Below are positions 1 to 9,700 of a stretch of DNA of 64,000 nt, piece after piece. The notes under the pieces are model-generated. The model was not told the DNA's origin, made no database searches, and saw nothing but the letters and a program-made list of their open reading frames with translations. The stretch lies in the IMG/VR virus record IMGVR_UViG_3300042691_031247; one strand, 5' to 3'. The stretch comes from a virus. Lineage: Duplodnaviria > Caudoviricetes. Each line of letters begins with the position of its first letter. Position 1 is the stretch's first letter. A program made the position numbers and the translations under genes.

Positions 1-733
1 CCGAATCTTCCGGCCAATCCGCCGAGATCACTTCGACAACTGGCACGCCCGAAAGGCTAATGTTGTTCGCATAGTCACGATAGATACTGCCGCGAATTGT
101 CCACGCGCCCGACATCGTGGCGGAGATGTCATAAGCCGAAACTTTGACTTCAAACGCCCACGCCGCTCCGGGCGCTAACGTCAAATGGCTCGTCATGCCG
201 TTAATAAACATGCGTGTCGGTGTATCAGTCTCGGTTGAGGCGCGCAGGGTGTACACAGAAAACTGCGCGTCGCCCGGAACGAAAAAACTACCAGACGCCA
301 GCGCCAGCTGCGATTCTTTAGCCGCAACAGCGTGCTTCCCGCCAGCAACGCTATTTAAACCGCTGGCTGTGTTGTTCGTACCGCCCAGCACAACAGAATT
401 GACGCCGCTAGCTGTGTTGTCTTGTCCGCCCACAACCGCTGACTTCGCGCCAGACGCCGTATTATCGCCGCCGCCAAGAGTAGCCGCGTTTACGGCGCTA
501 ACGGTGTTGTTCGCGCCGCCACCAGCAAAACCGTCTGTGCCGGTGACATCGTTATTGGTGCCGGGGAGTTCGGCGCCGGTCGCGGAGTAGGCCAGTTGGT
601 TCCACGGCGTGATACCGTCGCCATACTTGATCTTGCCCGTGTCGATCTCAAGACACGGTTCGCCCGCCGCAAGAACTTCGTTTTGACCAGCAAGATAACT
701 TGCCGTTCCTCTTTTAATCCTTATTTCTATCAT
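1..733 (-). CDS. Tail fibre/adhesin protein, partial (runs off the window edge): Mtd_N-like N-terminus plus GGxxN beta-roll repeats
   Basis: Not in the ORF track. Manual translation from ATG at 733 gives MIEIRIKRGTASYLAGQNEVLAAGEPCLEIDTGKIKYGDGITPWNQLAY, the same N-terminal domain as the 3718-aa neighbour. Repeats GGGANNTVS/GGGDNTASG/GGQDNTASG/GGTNNTASG follow, and the frame is open to position 1. Confidence 0.8.
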   Translation of the reverse strand, partial: MIEIRIKRGTASYLAGQNEVLAAGEPCLEIDTGKIKYGDGITPWNQLAYSATGAELPGTNNDVTGTDGFAGGGANNTVSAVNAATLGGGDNTASGAKSAVVGGQDNTASGVNSVVLGGTNNTASGLNSVAGGKHAVAAKESQLALASGSFFVPGDAQFSVYTLRASTETDTPTRMFINGMTSHLTLAPGAAWAFEVKVSAYDISATMSGAWTIRGSIYRDYANNISLSGVPVVEVISADWPEDS

Positions 734-739
734 GTTTTA

Positions 740-3700
740 TTATGTGTTAAAGGGTGTTGTTGGGGGTGTGAAATTTGCGGTATAGGCAGCATAACCCTTA
801 ATAATGCGCAGCTCGTCTATGTACATTTCGGATGTGAAACCGATGTTGTTGGGTTGCATGGCCCCAATCAGCAATCGGTACGGGCCTGCCTGCGGCGCAA
901 CCGCGGACGAACCAACGCTCGTGCCGTTCACGTAAATCGTGACGGTGCCGTTCGCTCTTGCCGCCGCGACATGAACCCACTGCTCTCGCGGAACCACGCC
1001 GCCTATGGCGCATTGCTGTGTCCCTTCGTCCCACCTTAAGGCATCGTCAGATCCGATCCAAAAATGTAATCCGAAAGGAACATTGATGGCATTAGAAAGA
1101 TTCAAGACCGTAGCGTTGTCAATGGATGACGGACGCCAAACCCACGCTTCAAGCGTCCAATCCCCTTCGGACATGTCCTCGAAGTCCGAAAAATCTCCGC
1201 TGTCCAGATAGCCGTTGCCCAAAGACAACGAGGAGCCGCCGAACTTGCTCTGTGCGGTTGAAATAGCAGCACTACCGTTTGAGGCTACAGTCACCGCGTT
1301 CGGGCCGCTGTCGGTGAACGTCGTACTACCGTTAGCGCCGTCCATGTGAAGAAGCAGCGCCGGGGTCACACCAAACGGCAGCGACGGCGGAGTGAAATTA
1401 CCCGTATAAACCGCCGCGCCCTTCGTGATGCGGAGTTCGTCGATGTAGCCGTTAAACGCGTACGTGTCTGTGTGCGAGTAACCGCCGATCGTCGGCAAGT
1501 ATGTGAGATTGTTGAAATCAAAATCGCTATTTACAGGGTCTCCGCCAACACCGTCCAGATACAACCGCATGACGCCGTTGTGCCGACACAGCGCAAAGTG
1601 CTGCCAAGTATTATTCGATACGGCCGGTCCCCACACATATGTGCCGGGATTTGTCAGACCGTGATCGAGAAACAGATTGCCGTCAGAGATTTGCAACGCC
1701 AGATAGTTAAAACCGCTTTCGGTTTGGCTGTAAATTGTGGTGCCCGGGTCTGGAGCAGTAGGGTAAATCCAACCCTCGATTGTAAAATCTCCCGTACCAT
1801 ACGCGAACATTTCAGGATCTGTCGGTGTCACTTGAACGTTGTCGCCGTAACCCGTGAAATCGCCGCTTGCGCCGCCAAACTTGCTTTCCGTCGTGCTGAT
1901 GGCTGCGTTGCCGTTTGACGTTACCGTGTGCTCGTTCGCGCTGCTGTCGGTAAACGTAGTACTACCGTTCGCGCCATCCATGTGAAGAAGCAGCACTGTG
2001 TCGCCGGCCGGTACGGGTGAAAGCCCGGCGCCACTGTTATACAGCGCTGAAATTTCCGCGCCTGTAAGCGCGCGACTCCAAATACCGGCCTCGTCGATCG
2101 TACCGTAGAACGGCGAGTTCCAAAGACCTTCGCGGTACCCGACAGTCATCTTGGCGTACTGGCCGCCAACGTCAGAAAACGCAATTTCGCCCTTTTTCAC
2201 TCCGTCGACCCAGAGCGCGCTCGTATTGTTATCTTTGTCAATAACGAGCGTGACCATATGCCACTGCCCGTCGGTATAGTTATTGTTTGAAGAAATCCAC
2301 AGACCGTTCGAGGCGCCGCGAACATCTGCGTAAAGGCAGCCGGGGTTCTCTGGCGGCCAACCACCGTCAGCCCAACAAATAGTCCAGCCGTAATATGGGC
2401 CAACTTCGGGTGTGGTGCTCATCAGGTGCGGACGGCCGGTGACAGGGCCGTACGCGGCGTCAGTCTTAAACCATAGATTTACCGTGACCGAGTAATCGTT
2501 TCCGGCCGGGTTAAACGCGGAGTTGCTCGGATAATAGTAACCGCCGCCAGAACACACGAGGCCGCCGCTGATTTTGCCCGCGTCAAAACTCGACGAGCCT
2601 TCGGCGGTCAGGTCGTAGTTGTTGGCAGTAAAATCATTTGAGTTACCGTTGAGTGTCCAGTAACCCAACAGGCCGTCGAGCAGGTTGAATGGCGGCGGCG
2701 GCAAGCAGCGATTGATCAGACCACGCTCTAACGCAATTAGCGCAGCATCGCCGAGCGCGTGGTCAAAGATAACTATTTCTGCGATGTCGCCGCGAAGCGC
2801 TGACGCTTGAGTAAAATCGCCGCCAAAACCAAGTAAAAGTTCGGCGCCGGCTTTGTTTGCCAGCGACGAGAACGTTGCGGTTTCTTCGTCGACGCCATTG
2901 CGCCGAAACCGAACGTTACCGGCGCCGTCAATTACATAACTAAATACGGTCCACTCCATCGGGCAGTTGACGCTGTACGGCACGGACGTTCCGGTGTTGT
3001 ACAAATCAACGGCGTGCAAACCGGAGCCGGCGTTGTTCTGGTTATGGTGAAAAACCATGGCGTCGTTTTGCTGCCAGTCGAAACCGTTTGCAGGCTGGAA
3101 CGACAGTATGCGCTCAGGGCGAGACGTGCTGCAATCTTCTGGCGCCACCGTCTGGCCGACGACGACAAACCCAGAAGAGTTCTTGAGGTTGAACTGATAA
3201 CCCACGTCCAGCACGTTCGGGTCGCCACTGAAGCGCACGACGTTCTGCCCCTTTGGCCCTTCGCCGGCAGCCACAAACGGAGCCGGCGCGTAGTCAGCCG
3301 GAGTCGCGGTACGGCCGTTTCCGCTCTTGTCAGCCCACGTGACAATCGTGCCGTTAACCTCGCCGATGTCGCCGGTCGAATCGAGCCACAGATCACAACC
3401 AAGAACGTCAGTCGGTGTGACGTCGGAAACAGCCCTGAACGGTGCGGTAGGCGGTGTGAAGTCCGCGGTGTAAAGCGCGACGCCCCTGACGACACGAAAT
3501 TCGTCGACGTAGCCGGGGAAATACTGCCCGGCAAATCCTCCAGCGCCGATCGTGCAGTCTGAGTTAATTTCTAATAAAGGCGCACTGTAATCGAAATTAG
3601 AAACTAATACGCCGTTTATGAAAACTCGCCATGTCGCCATTTCTCGCGTTATTGCAACATGCTGCCACACATTTTCCAGTATTGATGCGTTATTGTTTTG

Positions 3701-6700
3701 AACTTCAGTGATATTCCAAGCATTTCCAGCCGAAGAAATTAACAGGCGCAGCTGACCGGAAAAAAGATCAATAACAAAACCGTAATTTCCTTCAAAATTA
3801 ATACGCTGCCCAAAAAGGCCCGCTGTGCCGGCTAAAGCTCCCGCTGTCGGATAGATCCAAAACTCTATTGTAAAATCGTCAGCGCCAAGCTGCCCAACTG
3901 TCGCCGGTGTACGCAACAATGACTGGCCGTCAAAATAAACGCTCGCCCCGCCGAACTTGCTCTGCGCCGTAGAGATAGCTGCACTACCATTTGCCGTTAC
4001 GGTCAGCGCGTTCACTGACGAATCCGTAAACGTCGTGCTGCCGTTTGCGCCATCAAAATGAAGGAGCAGGTCAGCGGTCGGCCCGGGAACAAACGGATTC
4101 GGGAACGGAACCGTGGGCGGCGTGAAGTTGGCGGTGTAGCGCGCGACGCCCTTCGTAATGCGAAGATCGTCGATATAACCGAACCATGTAGACCCGTTTC
4201 CGCCGAACGAGTGCCGCCCGATCGTCAACGGTTCGTTAGTGGTGCTTTCGATGACCGCCGAATCGTTCGCCGAAGCCTCCTGTACGCCGTTCACGAACAA
4301 ACGAATGACGCCCGCATTCCTAGAAACGGCGACGTGAGACCACTGATTCGGTTGAATCTGTGATGTGCTTGTTATGGATGAAGACCCGTTCCACCAAAAA
4401 CGAACGCGGTTGTCGCCGTAAACAAAACTAATCAAAAGCGGGTATGAACCATTTCCGTAGACGCCCACAATAGCCATTCCATCGGCAACAGAGGACGGGT
4501 TTACCCACGCCTCCATCGTGAAATCCCCGTCGAAAGAAAAGCCGTCGTTGTACGGGACAGACAAGTAAGAACCCGAAACCGACTGATAAAGACTTGCCCC
4601 GCCGAACTTGCTTTGCGCCGTTGAAATAGCGGCATTACCTTCCGCCGTCACGGTGTTCTGCAAGTACGAGTTGTCTGTAAACGTCGTGCTGCCGTCGGAT
4701 CCGTTCATGTGGAGTAGCAGCGTGACATATTCCGCGTACGGATCGCCCGTTGGTTGCGTAGACGGCGGGATGGCCGGATCAGGGAGCGCCTTGGTCGGCG
4801 GATTGAACTCGGCGATGTAACGCGCCACACCCTTCGTGATCCTGAAGTCGTCGATCAGGCCGTCGAGGTAGTAGTCATCTTCATTCGTCCAACGCCGGCC
4901 AATCACGGCGGTTGTCTGCGTGCCGCCGTCCAGATTGATATTTGTATTCGCGGTCGCAACTTCGGCGCCGTTGATGTACATCTTCAACACGCCGGAAGCG
5001 CGCACGAATGCGTAGTGCGCCCACGTGTTGTAGTACTCTGCGATGTTAGCCGACACGAATGTGAAATTATCCATGTCGTAGCAGAAGCCAAACATGTTGG
5101 TGTCGTCGCTGAAACCGATCAGATATGTGCCGGCCTCCTCTGCTGTCGACGCCGTGGAGAACACTGCAGAGTACTGCACGTAGCTTAGCTTGCCCCAGAA
5201 CTCGACGGTAAAGTCGCCGTCGTCGAACGCGAACTCAGGTGACATCGCGATTTCGCAGTGTCCGCCCGCAAACTCGCCGCTGGCGTTGCCGTACTTGATA
5301 TCTTCAAGATTCAGGTAGGCGCTGCCCGTCGCCGTGACCTCGTGGTTGTGTTTGGACGTGTCGATGAACGTCGTGATCGGGCCGGTCCCGCCACCACCAC
5401 CGCCGCCTGCGGGATCTGGAAAGGCCGCCGTGGGGGGCGTAAAGTTATCAGTGTAGCGCGCGACGCCTACCGTGAGCCGCAGGTCGTCCAGATAGTAGTT
5501 AGTTCCGTCAAAACTGTTGTCGTACTGCTGGCCGATCTGCACGGCATCGCGCTGTACCATAGGCGGAATGGCGACGCGCGAGAAAACGCGTACGCCGTCG
5601 ACGTACATTGAAAAGTTGTTCGTTTCAGCGTTGTTCACAAATGCCAGATGAGCCCAAGTGCCGGGCACGTACGGGGCGTGAGTGGGAATTGGCATCAGAT
5701 TTGAGTTGTCAGCCGGGTACAGGCTGGTGGAGTGGACAACATTATTTTCCGTTAAAATGCGCGGATAAATGCTTCCATCATCTACTATAAAATCTATCGT
5801 AAGACGGCTGGGGAACTGGTTGTTGTTAGTCGTCAAAATATTGAACGAGAGGTCGCAGCAGGTCGGCGCTGCGTTTACCCAACACTCCAACGTCCAACTG
5901 TCAGACGCCAAGTTGAAGTCGCACGGCACATCCAGATAATTGCCCGGCGTGTGAACAACCTGAAGACTTGCGCTACCAAACTTGCTTTCTGTCGTGCTGA
6001 TCTGGACGTCGTAATTCGGCGTTGCTGTTAACGCGTTAGTCGACGAGTCAGTAAAGACATCACTGCCGTCTGCACCATCAAAATGGAACAGCATAAAAAC
6101 GTTGTTGAAGTACGGATCGTCGCCCGGCGGCGGAATGAGCGTGATCGTCGGGTTTAAGAACGGCGCGGCCGGCGGATTGAAGTTCTCCGTGTACAGCGCT
6201 GTGCCTTTGATGATGCGGAGTTCGTCGATGTAGCCGCCGAACGAATTAACGGGTGCGCCGTTTAGGCTGGCACCAATTTGAATACTATTGTCAGGCGGAT
6301 TAAACGAAACGATACGATTTTCCGCAGAACCGATAACACCGTTGACAAAAATCTTGAAAGCGTTTCCAGCCCGTGTAAACGCTAAATGAGTCCACTGCCC
6401 CGGCGTAATTGTTTCGGAGGTAATTGGGAAAGCACCGTTGCCGCCGTCGGGGCCGAACCAAGCCCAAGAAATCCAGTTTCCGTTGCGCTCACCGACCGCA
6501 AAAAGTAAACCGCCACTACCCAAACCGGAGTGCGAACCAATTTCACACACGCACCCACTGTCAGGATTGCACGTGGTTGCGTCAATCCAAACCCACGCCT
6601 CAATCGTAAAATCCTCTGTGTCGAAATTGGTGTTTGCAGGAATTACTAGTTTGCTCGCGCTTTGCCCGTCAAAATATCCACTCGCCCCGCCGAACCTGCT

Positions 6701-9700
6701 TTGTGCCGTACTAATTACCACGGCGCCATTTGCCGTCACCGACAACTGATTCTTGCCGCTGTCCGTAAACGTCGTGCTGCCGTTTGCGCCGTCAAAGTGC
6801 AGGAGAAGATCGGGCGCCGGGTTAGTAGATGTCGAGAAGGGCGTCGTCGGCGGCGTGAAATTCGCCGTGTACAACGCTTGGCCCTTGACGATGCGGAGTT
6901 CGTCGAGATAACCGTCAATCGAAACGCCGTATTGCGCGCCATAGATCTGCGTAGACAGCAACGGATCACAAATTCGCATGCCATATGTTTGCTGCGTGAG
7001 GTAGTTCTGCGTCGACGTGCCGGTGCCCATCAGCACGCCGTTTTGGAAGAAATAAACAGTGCTACCTTGCCGAGTCACCGCCAGATGATGCCACTCGTTA
7101 GTCGTTAGGGCAATTGTGGCAGCAGCATCAAAAGGATTGCAGTTGCGCCCGAGACCAAATGTTGTGCCGTAATCGTTAATACCGACAAAGAGCGTGTTTA
7201 CTGGAGTACACCAATCGCCGCCGGGATCGTCGGGGTTACCGCCGCCCTGAATGACGCTAGAACCGAGCGCGAAAAGCGATAGCGGGTAATACCAGAACTC
7301 AATCGTGAAATCCCCTGTGCCGAGATCCAAATCAGGGCTGTAAGGAATCATTACGCTGCCGCCAGATTGCGGTTGGTACAGTGCTGCGCCACCAAACTTG
7401 CTGAACGCCGTGCTGATTTCTACGTCGCCCTCGTAAGTCAACGTTTGAGCTGGCTTGGCGTTGTTTTTAAACGTCGTGCTGCCATTTGCGCCATCAAAGT
7501 GCATGAGCAGTGACGCGTTAGTCGTCGGGGCAAACGACGCAGACGGAGGCGCAAAGTTGGCCGTGTACAGCGCGTAGCCTGTGACAATTCGCAGATCGTC
7601 GATGTAGCCGTTGAAGAATGCGCCAACACTTGAGCCGTCTTGCCGCCCGCCGATAGCGAGCGTGTCGGCAATCGTGTATGACGCCGTGTTGCTCAGCGTG
7701 TCGGCAACCAACGTACCGTCGACAAATAAACGCAGCGCAGCGCCCTGCCGTGTTACAGCGACGTGATACCACTGGTTGGCGTTGAAGGAGAACGCGCCAA
7801 GCAAATCCCACGAAAGACCGCTTTGACCAAAACCAATGCCGACAAAATTGGGATTGATTGCGAACATCCAATCCCCAGTCGTTCGCCCGCCAGCAATAGA
7901 CTGGTCAGCGCTGCCGTTGCTAGTGTAAACCCACGCTTCAATAGTGAAATCTAAGTTTCCAAAAGACAGCGCAGAATTCGCGGTTAGCTCTAAGTGACTG
8001 CTGCCGTCAAAAGAACCGCTTGATGTGCCGAACTTACTTTGCGCTGTAGAAATTGTGGGCGTACCAACAGGCGTCAACGCAAAGTTGTTCGCCGACAAAT
8101 CAGTAAAAGCTGCGCTGCCGTTTGCGCCTTCAAAAGGCAACAGAAGTGACGCGTTTAGTGGCGGATGCGGAAATGCTGGTGGCGTGAAGTCGGCGGTGTA
8201 GAGGGCCGCGCCTTTGACGATGCGGAGTTCGTCTATGTAGCCGTCGAATGAATTGTGACGCGAGGATCCGTTTTCAAACAGAGTTCCAACGGCTACAGTG
8301 TCTCCGACAATCAGATTGATGCCCGAATTGGCTTCGTAGTCGATAACTCCGTTCAAGAAAACCCTAATCTGACCGGCAGATCTGGCAACAGCCACATGAA
8401 CCCACGCATCGCGAGGCACTGGCGTGGGGCACTGCATTATCAATGACCAAGTGAATGGCGTTGTGCTTTCAGCAAGGAACCACAATGTAGTTGGGTTCAA
8501 TCCAAACGCCCATTTCGCAAATGGGCTTGCAGAGCCGGCCTCGTCATATGACGATACAACCCATCGTGGAGCATCGCCGTTGTTTGGGACATAAATCCAC
8601 GCCTCAATCGTAAAATCTTCGGTGCCGAAGGCAAAGTTGTTGCTGCCATCCAGTGAAACCCAATCATTTTCACTATTATCAAGCAACAGGCTGCTTCCGC
8701 CGAACTTGCTTTGTGTAGTGCTGATCTGCGCGGCGCCATGAACCGTCACAGTCAGCCCGTTCTCGCCACTGTCCGTGAACGTCGTGCTGCCGTTCGCGCC
8801 GTCGAAGTGAAGAAGCAACACAGTCTCGCCCGCAGGCGGCATCGTGACGACTTTGGTGTAGCCGAGCGGAAACGATGCTGTCGGCGGCGTGAAGTTGGCG
8901 GTGTAGCGGGCGAGACCTTTCGTGATGCGTAGGTCGTCGATGTAGCCGTTCATGTACGACGCAAAAGCGCCGCCGGCACCGCCGTCAAAACCTATAGCCG
9001 TTACGCCGGTATAAGCTGCTAACGAGCCGCCATAAGAAAATGACAAAATTTGTACACCATCAATAAACAACGTAAAAGTATTGCCGGCGCGTGTTGCCGC
9101 AACATGATACCACTGCCCGATTGAATATGTGCCCGCCAGAGTTGTATTAATCCAACCAGAGCCGGCATCGCACAATAACCGAAACGCGCTAGCTGAAGGA
9201 TAGGCAGACACGCGCACCTGAGCCCCGCCTACGTTATCTGTTCCGACAGCAAACAGCGTATGATCACCGCTGTCGTCTTCCGCTCTCCACCATGTTTCCA
9301 CAGTCCAGTCGCCGTCTTTAAGATCCAGCACTGACGTGTATTCAAGTGTGGCTGTGCCGCCTGAAAAATAACCGCTCGCACCTCCGAACTTGCTCTGCGC
9401 GGTACTGATCACAGCATCACCTTCCACCGTCACCGTCAGCGCGTTAGGACTGCTGTCGGTAAACGTCGTGCTGCCGTTCGCGCCATCCATCTTGAGGAGC
9501 AGCGAGACCTTGTCGAAGTCGGGGTCGAGGAGCGACTGGCCGGCTTGATCAGGAAACTCGGCTGTCGGTGGCGTGAAGTTTGCTGTGTAGCGCGCGACGC
9601 CTTTGGTGATGCGGAGGTCGTCGATGTAGCCGTTGAAGCCCGCGTCTAAAGACCCGTTTGAACCGCAGTATCTGCCGCCGATAGTAATGTCAGTGACGCC

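Noticed and set aside
5386-5410. ccaccaccaccgccgcc microsatellite
   Set aside because: It encodes the poly-Gly linker at the insertion boundary and is not an independent repeat element
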